From an uncultured Gemmatimonadales bacterium (GTDB taxonomy: Bacteria > Gemmatimonadota > Gemmatimonadetes > Gemmatimonadales > GWC2-71-9): a stretch of DNA of 64,000 nucleotides. Each line of letters opens with the position of its first letter. Position 1 is the stretch's first letter. Made by a program: the position numbers and the translations under genes. Location of the stretch: assembly GCA_963828735.1 (NCBI GenBank), contig CAWHFW010000005.1, positions 320,001 through 384,000 on the forward strand, written 5' to 3'. Positions 12,771 through 23,170 of the stretch are shown one piece after another. A model generated the notes under the pieces. It was not told the origin of the DNA, searched no databases, and saw only the letters and a list, made by a program, of their open reading frames with translations.

Positions 12771-13017
12771 GGCTAAGACGTGACAGGAAGCATAGTTGCG
12801 CGGACGCAACGGACGGGGTACCGCCGGATTACAGAACGGGGTCGGGAGGCTGCGGGTTTGGCAGTCCTTACTGGCAGATCACGGAATCGGCCGGAGGGCA
12901 CAAAGCGTAGTCTGTATAGCTACTCCGTGATACCCCTCCTTCTGGCCGCGTGAGTCACGAACGACGCCGCCCCGGTCACTGGTGACGCCGAGGCGGTCAT
13001 CGAGCAGGCCATTCAAG

Positions 13018-14433
13018 TCAGTGAAGGCCGCTGCCGCCCGACAACTGCTTCACCAGCTCACCGATGACGTTCTTGGCGTCGCCGAACAGCATCCAGGTCT
13101 TGTCCGAGAAGTAGAGCTCGTTGTCGATGCCGGCGAAACCCGGGGTTCTTGCTGCGCTTGATCGCGAAGACGGTGCGCGCCTTGATCGGCGTCGATGATC
13201 GGCATGCCGTAGATCGGGCTGGTCTTGTCGGTGCGTGCCGCGGGATTGACGACGTCGTTCGCGCCGACGACGAGCGCGACGTCGCACTGCGGCATGTCGG
13301 GATTGATCTCGTCCATCTCGACCAGGTCGGTGTACGGGATGTCGGCCTCCGCGAGGAGGACGTTCATGTGGCCCGGCATGCGGCCCGCCACGGGATGGAT
13401 CGCGAACTTGACGGTGATCCCGCGCTTCTTCAGCTGATCGTACAGCTCGCGGACCTTGTGCTGGGCCTGGGCGACGGCCATGCCGTAGCCGGGGATGATC
13501 ACGACCAGGTTCGCCTGCTCGAGCACCTGCGCCGCGCCCTCGATGGTCTCCGCCTTGTACGACCTTTTCCTCGCCGCCGGCCTTGACCTGCTGCACCTGG
13601 CCGAACGCGCCGAACAGCACGTTGGTGAACGACCGGTTCATCGCCTTGCACATGATGATCGGAGAGGATGAGGCCGCTCGAGCCGTCGAGCGCGCCGGCG
13701 GTGATCAGGAGCTTGTTGTCGAGCACGAAGCCCATCGCGACGGCGGAGAGCCCGGCGTAGGAGTTGAGGATCGCGATCACGGTCGGCATGTCGGCGCCGC
13801 CGATCGGGATGATCAGCAGCACGCCGAACAGGAGCGCGAGGACGATGATGACCGGAAACACGAAGGGCGCCCAGGACGCCGTCGGATCGATCACCAGCGG
13901 CAGCACCGGCAGCCGCGGCCACGGCGAGCAGCGCCAGGTTGATGACGTTCTGCACGGGATAGGTGACCGGCCGCTGCGGGATCAACTTCACTTCCTGCAG
14001 CTTGCCGGCGGCCATGAGGCTCCCGGTGAAGGTCAGGAAGCCGAGGATGATCTCCACGACGATCGCGATCATGCGGAAGGCCGTGAGATTCTCCGGACCC
14101 TCCCCGAGCCACAGGTAGTACTTGGCGGTGCCGACCAGCCCGGCCGCGAGGCCACCGAAGGCATGCGACAGGGCGGTCCGCTGCGGGACGGCCGTGAGCG
14201 GCACCGCGACAGCGGCACCCCGACGAGGATGCCGGCGACCAGGGCCACCACGATCCAGCCGTGATGGACGATCTCGGGCTCGGCCCAGGTTGCGAGGACG
14301 GCGATCATCATGCCCGCCACGCCGGCGTAGACGCCGTTCGCGCGCGGTGGCCGGCATCGTTCATCCAGTGCAGCGCGAAGATGAAGAGCGCCGTCGCGAT
14401 GAGGTAGGCGAGCTGGACGAGGGCGTGGGTCAT
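13018..14433 (-). pseudogene. pntB: NAD(P) transhydrogenase beta subunit broken by about 8 frameshifts (pseudogene or sequence error)
   Basis: PntB motifs scattered over three frames: [96 protein letters not shown]. Confidence 0.88.
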
Positions 14434-15899
14434 GAGTGGCCGCTCCCGCTCGCGCCCGGCTTGCTGTCGGTCTTGAACATCTTGAGCATGCGGTCGGTGA
14501 TCAGGAACCCGCTCACGATGTTCGTCATCGAGGCGAACAGCGCGATGGCGCCCAGGATCCGGATCGGCAGGGGGTAGTCAGCGCCGGTCACGATGATCGA
14601 GCCGACGACCGCGATCGCGGAGATCGCGTTGGTGAGCGACATGAGCGGCGTGTGCAGCAGCCGGGAGACGCGGCGGATCACGCCCAGGCCGATGAACGTC
14701 GCCAGCACGAACACGAAGAGCTGGCCCCAGAAGTCCGTCGTCGGGGTCGATGCCCCCTCCTTGGCGAGCGCGTCACGGGTGCGCGCGTGCCGAACCTCGC
14801 CCGCGTGCGTGATCAAGGCGCCCTGCTGGATGTCGTCGTTGAGGTCGAGCTGGAACGCGCCGTCCTTGGTGAAGGCCAGCAGGAAGGCGGTGAGGTTGCG
14901 CGAAAAGAGCAGGCTCGCGTGCAGCGGCATCGAAGCCGGCAGGTTGAGCGGCGCCATCACGGTGACGCCGCCGACCGCCACGGTTTCTCCGGGCCGCGAC
15001 AGCTCGCAGTTGCCGCCGCCATCGGCGCCGAGGTCCACGATCACGGCGCCCGGCCGCATGGCGCGGACCATGTCACCGGTGATCAGCTTCGGCGCGAACA
15101 CGCCGCCGATGAGCGCGGTGGTGACCACGACGTCGGACTGGGCGACCTGGGCCGCGAGGATCTCGCGCTGTCGGGCCTTGTCCTCATCGGACAGCTCCTT
15201 GGCATACCCGCCGCCGGCAGCGGCGCTTTCCGTGAGCTCGATGCCGACGTACTTGCCGCCGACGCTTTCGATCTGCTCCTTCACCTCGGGCCGCACGTCG
15301 GTGGCCGTCACGTTGGCGCCGAGACGCTTCGCGGTGGCGATCGCCTGCAGGCCGGCGACCCCCGCGCCGATGACGAACACTTTGGCCGGCGGCACCATGC
15401 CGGCGGCGGTCATGAACATCGGGAAGTACTTGTTGAGCTCGGCCGCGGCGAGGAGGACGCCCTTGTAGCCGCTGATGTTGGCCATGGACGACAGGGTGTC
15501 CATGCTCTGGGCGCGGGTGGTGCGCGGGATCGCATCGGTCGCGAAGGCGGTGACCTGCCGCTCGGCCAACGCGCGAGTCGCCCGCAGGTGCCGGAGCGGC
15601 ATGAGCGAGCCCAGGTAGACGGCGTTGGGCCGCATCCAGGCGACCTCGTCCCGGCCGCCGTCGACCGCCGGCGGCCCGACCCTGAGCACCACGTCGGCGG
15701 CGCCGAGGAGGCCCGCGGGGTCGGACTCGATGGCGACGCCGACGTCGCGGTACGCCACGTCGGGATAGCCGGCGGCTTCGCCCGCGCCCGACTCGGCGGC
15801 GATATCGTAGCCCGCCTGCTTGAGCTTCTTGGCCGACTCGGGCACTAGCGCGACGCGCCGCTCGCCCGGGGCGGTTTCTTTGGGTACGGCGATGCGCAT
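14430..15899 (-). CDS. pntA: NAD(P) transhydrogenase alpha subunit (dI plus membrane part; possibly two genes)
   Basis: MRIAVPKE...ERRVALVP, IGAGVAGLQAIATAKRLGA, GGGYAKE, LHTPLMSLTNAIS and GFLITDRML.MF motifs. Confidence 0.93.
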   Translation of the reverse strand: MRIAVPKETAPGERRVALVPESAKKLKQAGYDIAAESGAGEAAGYPDVAYRDVGVAIESDPAGLLGAADVVLRVGPPAVDGGRDEVAWMRPNAVYLGSLMPLRHLRATRALAERQVTAFATDAIPRTTRAQSMDTLSSMANISGYKGVLLAAAELNKYFPMFMTAAGMVPPAKVFVIGAGVAGLQAIATAKRLGANVTATDVRPEVKEQIESVGGKYVGIELTESAAAGGGYAKELSDEDKARQREILAAQVAQSDVVVTTALIGGVFAPKLITGDMVRAMRPGAVIVDLGADGGGNCELSRPGETVAVGGVTVMAPLNLPASMPLHASLLFSRNLTAFLLAFTKDGAFQLDLNDDIQQGALITHAGEVRHARTRDALAKEGASTPTTDFWGQLFVFVLATFIGLGVIRRVSRLLHTPLMSLTNAISAIAVVGSIIVTGADYPLPIRILGAIALFASMTNIVSGFLITDRMLKMFKTDSKPGASGSGHS

Positions 15900-15994
15900 C
15901 GGAGCTCCGCTTCGAGGTAGGGCCGTCTAATGATACCCGCGAATAAGGAAGCGGCCAGTGAGATCGGCCGGGCGATCGGGCGATCGCCCGGCCG

Positions 15995-17818
15995 TCACAG
16001 CTTGATCTTCGGCAGCTTGATCCCGGGCGCGAGCCCTCCCGTGAGGCGCTTGAGCTCGGCCTGCAGGTCCGCCTCGGCCTTGTCGAGCTGCTGCTGTTGG
16101 TCGGCGACCTGCTTGCTCGCCTCGGCCTGGAGGACCGCGATGCGCTGCTTCACCGGCTCGACCTTGGCGTTCACGAGACTGTCCACCTTCGCCCGCGCCA
16201 TCGCCTCGGCCTTGGCCACCTCTTCGCCGACCACCGCCTTGAGGCGTTGCGCGATGGCGTCGTCCAGGTTGCTCCGCACGGACAGCTTCGGCGCCTTCAC
16301 CGTCCCGGCGAGCTGCGCCGTCACGTCGAGCTGTTTGAGCCCCGACAGGACGCGCCAGACGACCTGCTCCAGGTCGCTCCGCGTGCCGGTGCTGTTCAGC
16401 GCCCAGGCGACCCGATCCGACCCGATCGACCAGTGGCCCGCCAACCGGTCGCCGCGAAGCAGGAAGGTGAGCGCGGCGTCGCCGGTGCCCGGCGCGATTC
16501 GGAAGGGGAGGCCGGGAATGTCGAACGACGGCAACTCCACCCCGCGGAGCCTGGCCGCCACGGAGTCGCGCACGGCGGCGCTCCGATGGTCCACGATCGC
16601 GCCGACGTCGAGTCCGGCGATGACCGAACCCGGAGCGTCGCGCTTGGCACTCACCACCATCGGCTTGCCATAGAGCGACGGGGCCGAGGTCAGCCCCTGC
16701 ACCGTGGCCGCGTAGGCGCCCTTGAGCAATCCCCCACCGATCGTGAAATCCAGCTGTCCCAGCTGCAGCAGGAACGACGGCCAGGTGCGCTCCTTGGGAA
16801 AGCCGACCGTGGTGCCCGACGCGCGCAGGCGCTGGGGACCAGGGTCCTGGCGTGGCAGGAGCCCGGGCGGCATGTAGTGGCGCGCCAGCTCGGCCCAGTA
16901 GAGCGCCTGCTGAAACCGCTCGATGCTGACCTTGCCGAAGAACGCATTGCCGATGTCCGGTGCCGAAAAGGTGGGAAGCTTGAGCAGCGACCTCGCGAAC
17001 GCGTAGTCCCGCTTCCGCGCCTCGTCCAGGCTCTCCACGCCCGAGCCGAGGAGTCGCAAACCGTCCTTCACGTTTCGCTCGAGCCCCGTCACCTGCCGCT
17101 TGGCCTGATCGAGCTGGTCGAGCGTCTGCTGGACCGACTCGATGGCCCGGCGGGTTCCGTCCAATCCGAGCGTCTTGGGATCGGTGGCGGCAAGCCGGTC
17201 GGCGAGAGCGCGCGCCGAGTCCACTGTGCCCTGCACGTCGAGCGCCTTGAACCCCGTCTCGAGCGCCTGCCGGGTCGAGTCGGTGCGCGCGAGCAGCCCC
17301 TGCGCCTCCTGCACGGTGCTGAGCTGCGTGGGGTTGAGCACGAGGGACTTGATGGTATCGACGGGCGTGAGCTGCAGGATCGGCACGTCGAACTGCTCGC
17401 TCCACTGCCGCACGGCGCGCAATGCCTGCGGCGCGAAGCCGCCGCCCTTTACCGGCCGGGCAGGCCGCTTCCGCGGCGTGCCGAAGCGCATACCCTGCAG
17501 CGCCAGCCGCTCGACCACGAGCTTCTTCTCGGCCAGGGCCTCGGGGTTGAGCTTGAGCAGGATGCGGTCGGCCTCGATCAGGTTGCGCCGGGGCTCGAAC
17601 GGGTCTGCCACCTGGAGCGCCCCCAGGTCTACCGAGGCCTGCCTGGGCAACAGGTCGAGGCGGCCGACGTCGACCTCCGTGCCGAGGAGCTCGGTGCCCG
17701 CCTCCTCGGTGGTCTGGCGCGCCACCGGCTCGGCGAAGAGCCACACCAGGATCGCGAGCACGACCAGGAAGAGCAGCAGCGGACCGATCGCCTTCCAGCG
17801 GATGATCTTCACGCCCAT
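15995..17818 (-). CDS. TIGR03545-family-like protein (N-terminal TM, AsmA-like beta regions, coiled coils)
   Basis: Starts IIRWKAIG plus a TM helix; LQVADP..P.RNL; C-terminal LSVRSNLD plus coiled coil; adjacent to the TIGR03546-like gene. Confidence 0.72.
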   Translation of the reverse strand: MGVKIIRWKAIGPLLLFLVVLAILVWLFAEPVARQTTEEAGTELLGTEVDVGRLDLLPRQASVDLGALQVADPFEPRRNLIEADRILLKLNPEALAEKKLVVERLALQGMRFGTPRKRPARPVKGGGFAPQALRAVRQWSEQFDVPILQLTPVDTIKSLVLNPTQLSTVQEAQGLLARTDSTRQALETGFKALDVQGTVDSARALADRLAATDPKTLGLDGTRRAIESVQQTLDQLDQAKRQVTGLERNVKDGLRLLGSGVESLDEARKRDYAFARSLLKLPTFSAPDIGNAFFGKVSIERFQQALYWAELARHYMPPGLLPRQDPGPQRLRASGTTVGFPKERTWPSFLLQLGQLDFTIGGGLLKGAYAATVQGLTSAPSLYGKPMVVSAKRDAPGSVIAGLDVGAIVDHRSAAVRDSVAARLRGVELPSFDIPGLPFRIAPGTGDAALTFLLRGDRLAGHWSIGSDRVAWALNSTGTRSDLEQVVWRVLSGLKQLDVTAQLAGTVKAPKLSVRSNLDDAIAQRLKAVVGEEVAKAEAMARAKVDSLVNAKVEPVKQRIAVLQAEASKQVADQQQQLDKAEADLQAELKRLTGGLAPGIKLPKIKL

Positions 17819-17820
17819 GC

Positions 17821-18339
17821 TCAGCTCGGCCTGAACAGGCGGTACCAGTTGTACGCCTGCGACGCGGTGACGGCCTGGTAGAGCTTCGACCGCCGCACGC
17901 GCTCGCCGATCGTGGCGCGGTATCGGGCTACGCCATACCGTGCGGCGAAGAAGATCGGGACGGCGAGCACGAGCCACGCCACGACGCTGCCCAGGACGAC
18001 CGTGTTGTTGAAATTCGTGTAGGGCACGAGCGGCGTGTTGTACCAGGAGGTCCAGAGCGGGCGCAGCGACGGAGCGCCCAACAGGCCGGCCCCGATGCGG
18101 TCGAACACGGGATCGAGGAGGAATCCGAACGGCACGAACAGCGCCCACCCCAGCATTCCGCCGCCGAACGACACGTTGAGCAGCACGATCAGCGAAAACA
18201 CGATGAGGTTGTGGACGTTGATCAGCGGCGTGAGGCCGAGCGCCGAGCCGAGCGCGATGCCCACGGCCACCTGCCCCGGCGTGCCGTCCGAGTGCAGCGT
18301 CTTGATGATCGACTGGATCAGCTTGAGCAGAGTGAACAT
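17821..18339 (-). CDS. TIGR03546 (DUF2062-like) membrane protein
   Basis: LHSDGTPGQVA.G.ALG..LGLTP...LDP.FD.IG...FNNTVVLGS pattern. Confidence 0.78.
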   Translation of the reverse strand: MFTLLKLIQSIIKTLHSDGTPGQVAVGIALGSALGLTPLINVHNLIVFSLIVLLNVSFGGGMLGWALFVPFGFLLDPVFDRIGAGLLGAPSLRPLWTSWYNTPLVPYTNFNNTVVLGSVVAWLVLAVPIFFAARYGVARYRATIGERVRRSKLYQAVTASQAYNWYRLFRPS

Positions 18340-18360
18340 CCAGGGTATCCTCTACGACTT

Positions 18361-20877
18361 ATGCCACGTTCCCGCCGAGCGCCACACGTGCACAAGTTCG
18401 GCGGTGCGTCGCTGGCCGATTCCGCCGCCGTTCGCCACGCCGTCGACATCATCCGCCGCCACGCCCAGGAGCCCACCGTCGTGGTCGTCTCGGCGATGGC
18501 GGGCACCACCGACGCGCTGCTCGATGTGGCCCAGCAGGCCGGAGCCGGCGAGTCGCGCACCGTCGCGTCGCTCATCGCGCGGCTGCGGTCGCGGCACGCC
18601 GAGGTCGCCCGCGCGATCCTGCCGTCGGGGCGGGGTCGCGCGGACGTGCTGCAGTACATCGGCGACGTGTTCGAGGAGCTCGAGGCCCTCGCGCAGGGCC
18701 TGCGCCTGCTGCGCGAGGTCACACCGAGAACAACCGACTACCTCGCGTCGCGAGGCGAGCGGTTGAGCGCTCGCCTCGTCGCAGCCGCCCTCGAGGCGAC
18801 GGGGACGAAGGCAAAGTACGTCGATGCCCTCGACCTCGTCCACACCGACGGCGCGTTCGGACAAGCCGCCCCGGATTTCGCCCGTACCGACCGCAGCGTC
18901 CAGCGCACGCTCGCGCCGTTGCTCGCGCGCGGGATCGTTCCGATCGTGCCCGGGTTCATCGGATCCGCCCCGAACGGCGAGGTGGCCACGCTGGGGCGTG
19001 GCGGCTCGGACCTCACGGCGACGCTGCTCGCCCGCGGGCTGGCCGCCGGCCGCGTCTCCCTCTGGAAGGACGTCCCCGGGCTCCTCACCGCCGATCCGCG
19101 CGTCGTCCCCGATGCCCGCGTAATACCGCAGCTCCACGCCCGCGAGGCCGCGGAGCTCGCCTACTATGGCGCCAAGGTTCTTCACCCCCGCGCATTGATC
19201 CCGGTCACCGGACGACGCATCCCCGTCTACGTCCGTCCGTTCGCCGATCCGAGCGCGGGCGGCACCGAGGTCTCCGAGCGGGTGTCCCCCGCGCGCTTTC
19301 CCGTCAAGGCGCTCACGGCGGCGGGCGGCCAGGCCCTGGTGACGGTGACGGGCAACGGCATGCTCGGCGTTCCCGGGATCGCGGCGCGCACCTTCCACGC
19401 CCTGCACGAGCGCCAGATCTCGGTCTCCCTCATCTCGCAGGCGAGCTCCGAGCACTCGATCTGCTTCAGCGTTCCCGAGGCGCTCGCGAACGACGCGCAG
19501 GAGAGCCTCACCCGCGAGTTCGGCGGAGAGATCGCGCGGGGCGAGATCGATGGGGTCGAGCTCACGCCGTCGATGGCGACGGTCGCGGTGGTGGGGCTGG
19601 GGATGCACGGCACGCCCGGCGTCGCCGCGGCGGTCTTCGGCGCGCTCGCGGCGGCGAAGATCAACGTGGTGGCCATCGCTCAGGGCAGCTCGGAGCTCAA
19701 CATCTCGGTGGTGGTCGAGGCCCGGCACGCCGCCGAGGCACAGCGCAGGATCCACGGTGCGTTTCAGCTCTCACGGATCGCCGGCGGGGGCGTGATCCGG
19801 CCCGAGCGCATGGAGGTCGTGCTGCTCGGCTTCGGCCAGATCGGCCGGAGCCTGGCCGCGATGATCGGGCAGGTCCGCCGGCCCGCGCTCGATCTCAAGG
19901 TCGCGGCCGTGATCGATCGTTCCGGCTTCGTGTTCGACCCGCAGGGCCTTGGCCCGCGGCGCCTGGCCGCCCTCGCCGCGGACAAACGGAAGGGCGTCCG
20001 CCTCGCTCGGGCGCCGCGCGGGCGACCGGGCACGGCGGAGGAGGCGATCCGGCATATCGCCGGATACGCGCTCACCCGCCCGGTGCTCGTGGATCTGACG
20101 GCCGACGAGACAGCGCCCGCGCTGGAGCAGGGCCTCGAGCACGGCATGGACCTCGTCCTCGCCAACAAGCGCCCGCTCGCGGGGCGGCGCTCGGTGAGCG
20201 AGTCTCTGTGGCAGACCGCGCGGGCGCGCGGACGCCGGGTCCAGCACGAGGCGACCGTGGGCGCCGGCCTCCCGATCATCGACACGTACCACAAGCTGAT
20301 CGAGAGCGGCGACCGCGTGGAGCGCATCGAGGGCCTGCTTTCGGGCACGCTCGGCTTCGTCCTGACGGAAGTGTCGGCGGGCGCGACATTCTCCGACGCC
20401 GTGCGCGCCGCGATGAGCCGCGGCTATACCGAGCCGGATCCGCGCGAGGACCTGTCGGGCATGGACGTGGGCCGGAAGGCGCTGATCCTGGCGCGGCTCC
20501 TCGGCTATCAAGGCGAGCTGTCACGCGCGGCGGTCGAGTCGCTGGTGCCCAAGTGGGCGCGCGGCATTCCGCTCGTGGACTTTCTCGAGCGGCTCGACGA
20601 GGTGGACGCCGCCTGGCGCCGCCGGACGGCCGTCGCGGCGCGGAGCGGAGTCGTCCTCCGCTACGTGGCCACCGTCACGCCGTCGAGGATCGCGGTCGGC
20701 CTGCGCGAAGTGCCGACCTCGAGTCCGCTCGCGGCGATCAAGGGCTCGGACAACCAGCTCGTGTTCACCACGGCGCGCTACAAGGCCAACCCGCTCGTCA
20801 TCACCGGTCCCGGCGCGGGAGCGGAGGTCACGGCGGCGGGCGTGCTGAACGACATCCTGCGGTTGGCTGGACGATGA
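18361..20877 (+). CDS. thrA: Bifunctional aspartokinase / homoserine dehydrogenase I
   Basis: KFGGASLA, TLGRGGSD, ACT domains (SQASSE, AQGSSE), GFGQIG, EATVGAGLP, EPDPREDLSG.D, GPGAG.EVTA. Confidence 0.96.
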   Translation: MPRSRRAPHVHKFGGASLADSAAVRHAVDIIRRHAQEPTVVVVSAMAGTTDALLDVAQQAGAGESRTVASLIARLRSRHAEVARAILPSGRGRADVLQYIGDVFEELEALAQGLRLLREVTPRTTDYLASRGERLSARLVAAALEATGTKAKYVDALDLVHTDGAFGQAAPDFARTDRSVQRTLAPLLARGIVPIVPGFIGSAPNGEVATLGRGGSDLTATLLARGLAAGRVSLWKDVPGLLTADPRVVPDARVIPQLHAREAAELAYYGAKVLHPRALIPVTGRRIPVYVRPFADPSAGGTEVSERVSPARFPVKALTAAGGQALVTVTGNGMLGVPGIAARTFHALHERQISVSLISQASSEHSICFSVPEALANDAQESLTREFGGEIARGEIDGVELTPSMATVAVVGLGMHGTPGVAAAVFGALAAAKINVVAIAQGSSELNISVVVEARHAAEAQRRIHGAFQLSRIAGGGVIRPERMEVVLLGFGQIGRSLAAMIGQVRRPALDLKVAAVIDRSGFVFDPQGLGPRRLAALAADKRKGVRLARAPRGRPGTAEEAIRHIAGYALTRPVLVDLTADETAPALEQGLEHGMDLVLANKRPLAGRRSVSESLWQTARARGRRVQHEATVGAGLPIIDTYHKLIESGDRVERIEGLLSGTLGFVLTEVSAGATFSDAVRAAMSRGYTEPDPREDLSGMDVGRKALILARLLGYQGELSRAAVESLVPKWARGIPLVDFLERLDEVDAAWRRRTAVAARSGVVLRYVATVTPSRIAVGLREVPTSSPLAAIKGSDNQLVFTTARYKANPLVITGPGAGAEVTAAGVLNDILRLAGR

Positions 20878-21830
20878 GGGCGTCGGGACCGGTCACCGCG
20901 TTCGCGCCCGGCGGCGTCGGCAATCTCGGCCCGGGGCTCGACGTCCTGGGGCTCGCCGTGGACGGCGCCGGCGACGAGGTGCGCGCCGAGTGGACGCGAG
21001 CGTCGGGCATCCAGGTGCTCGAGCCCGGGCACCCCACCCTTCCCCGAGATCCTGCCCGTCACACCTCGGCGCTCGCCGCCCGCGCGGTACTCGACGCCGT
21101 GAACGAGTCACTCGCGGGAGGCCGCGGCATCGCGCTCACGGTCAGGAAGGGGCTCCCGCTCTCGGGCGGCCAGGGCGGCAGCGCCGCCTCGGCCGTGGCG
21201 GGGGCGGTCGCGACGAACGCGTTGCTCGGCGCGCCACTCGACCGTGCCGGGCTCCTGGCCGCGTGCCTCGTCGCGGAGGAAACCGTCTCGGGTCGCCACC
21301 TGGACAACATCGCGCCGTCGTTGCTCGGCGGCATCGTGCTGATCCGCTGCATGGAGACCCCGGACATCGTACAGCTTCCCGTGCCGGACGAGCTCACGGT
21401 GGTCCTGGTGCGGCCCGAACAGCAAATGCGGACCGCCGACGCGCGTGCCGTGCTGCCCGCCGAGGTCTCGCGCGACATTGCCGTCTATCAGGCCGCCCAA
21501 GTGGGCGCGATGGTGGCGGCGCTCGCCAGCTCGGACTACGAGTTGCTCGGCCGCGCGATCGATGATCGCATCGCGGAGCCCGCGCGCGCCCGGCTGCTGC
21601 CCGGCTTCATGGAGGCGAAGGCCGCGGCGCTCGCGGCGGGCGCGCTCGGGAGCTCGATTTCCGGCAGCGGGCCCACGGCCTTCGCGCTCACGCGGGGGGT
21701 TGCCGTCGGGGAGCGAGTGGCCACGGCCATGATCGCGGCGTACGCATCGAAGGGACAGCCGGCGGCGGCCCGGGTAGCGCCCGTCGACCGGGTCGGGGCA
21801 CGGCTGATCGAGGTGACCGGAGGTACGTAA
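20874..21830 (+). CDS. thrB: Homoserine kinase
   Basis: NLGPGLDVLGLA, GHMP loop PLSGGQGGSAAS, HLDNIAP, ISGSGPT; ATGA overlap with thrA. Confidence 0.93.
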   Translation: MRASGPVTAFAPGGVGNLGPGLDVLGLAVDGAGDEVRAEWTRASGIQVLEPGHPTLPRDPARHTSALAARAVLDAVNESLAGGRGIALTVRKGLPLSGGQGGSAASAVAGAVATNALLGAPLDRAGLLAACLVAEETVSGRHLDNIAPSLLGGIVLIRCMETPDIVQLPVPDELTVVLVRPEQQMRTADARAVLPAEVSRDIAVYQAAQVGAMVAALASSDYELLGRAIDDRIAEPARARLLPGFMEAKAAALAAGALGSSISGSGPTAFALTRGVAVGERVATAMIAAYASKGQPAAARVAPVDRVGARLIEVTGGT

Positions 21831-23123
21831 ATGCGATTCCAGACGGCGCGGCCGGACAGCTGGCAGGTATGCATCGCCTGCGGCAACGAAACGACCGAGC
21901 TCGATCCCCATCCCCGCTGCGTCTCGTGCGGCGGGCTGCTCGAGATCCAGCACCGCCCACCCACGCTGACACCCGCCGAGCTGATCGAGCGCTTCACCGA
22001 GCGACGCGGGCAGCGTCCGGGGGCGCTGGCATCGGGTGTGTGGCGGTTCCGCGAAATCGTGCTTCCCTCGGCGAAGGACGTGATCTCCCATCCCGAAGGC
22101 AACACGCCGCTGCTCCACCGGGACGTCATCGACCGCTGGACCGGCACCGACCGCCTGCTGCTGAAGCACGAGGGGCACAACCCGACGGGCTCGTTCAAGG
22201 ACCGTGGGATGACGGTCGGCGTGACGCAGGCGCGTCGCATCGGGGCCACGGCCGTCGCCTGCGCCTCGACCGGCAACACGTCGGCGTCCCTGGCGGCCTA
22301 TGCGGCGCAGGCGGCCATCCCCGCGCTGGTCCTCGTCCCGGCCGGGCAGGTGGCCATGGGCAAGCTCGCGCAGACGCTCGCCTACGGCGCCAAGACGCTG
22401 CTGGTCCGCGGGGACTTCGACGAGTGCCTGCGACTGATCGAGGAGGCAAGCCAGCGCCTCGGCGTGTATCTCCTCAACTCGATCAACCCGTTCCGCATCG
22501 AAGGCCAGAAGACGATCGTGCTGGAGATGCTCCAGCAACTGGGCTGGCAGCCGCCCGACTGGATCGTGCTCCCCGCGGGCAACCTCGGCAACACGGCGGC
22601 GTTCGGGAAGGCGCTGCTCGAGGCCTACCGGTGGGGACTCATCCCCCGCCTCCCACGCTTGGCCGCGGTGCAGGCGGCCGGCGCCGCGCCGTTCGCGCGC
22701 AGCTTCGCGGAGGAGTTCGAGCACCGCTACGCGGTGCGCGCCGAGACCGTCGCGACGGCCATCCGGATCGGCAACCCGGCGTCGTTCGAGCGCGCCGTAC
22801 ACGCGATCCGGGAGACGGACGGCGTCGTTCTCGCCGTGACCGACGCGGACATCCTGGAAGCGAAGGCGGTGGTGGACGGCTCGGGCGTGGGATGCGAGCC
22901 CGCGAGCGCGGCGAGTGTGGCAGGGGTTCGGGACCTGATCCGACGCGGACTGATGGCGCCCGAGCACCACGCCGTGGCCGTGCTCACGGGCCATATCCTC
23001 AAGGACCCCGGCCTGCTGCTCGAGTACCACCGTGAGATGGACCCGCCGCCGCCCGGCGCGAACCGTCCCATCGAGATCGCGCCGGAGCTCGAGGCCATCG
23101 AGCGCGTGCTCGCAGGCGGGTGA
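21831..23123 (+). CDS. thrC: Threonine synthase
   Basis: EGNTPL, NPTGSFKDRG (PLP lysine), CASTGNTSAS, PAGNLGN, CEPASAA. Confidence 0.95.
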   Translation: MRFQTARPDSWQVCIACGNETTELDPHPRCVSCGGLLEIQHRPPTLTPAELIERFTERRGQRPGALASGVWRFREIVLPSAKDVISHPEGNTPLLHRDVIDRWTGTDRLLLKHEGHNPTGSFKDRGMTVGVTQARRIGATAVACASTGNTSASLAAYAAQAAIPALVLVPAGQVAMGKLAQTLAYGAKTLLVRGDFDECLRLIEEASQRLGVYLLNSINPFRIEGQKTIVLEMLQQLGWQPPDWIVLPAGNLGNTAAFGKALLEAYRWGLIPRLPRLAAVQAAGAAPFARSFAEEFEHRYAVRAETVATAIRIGNPASFERAVHAIRETDGVVLAVTDADILEAKAVVDGSGVGCEPASAASVAGVRDLIRRGLMAPEHHAVAVLTGHILKDPGLLLEYHREMDPPPPGANRPIEIAPELEAIERVLAGG

Positions 23124-23170
23124 CCCGGCGGAGGGCGCGCCCGCCGCGGGGGTGCCTCGAGGTCGCCCTC

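Noticed and set aside
13018..14433. Programmed frameshifting in pntB
   Set aside because: There are too many shifts in both directions and no consistent slippery sites; error or decay is the simpler explanation.
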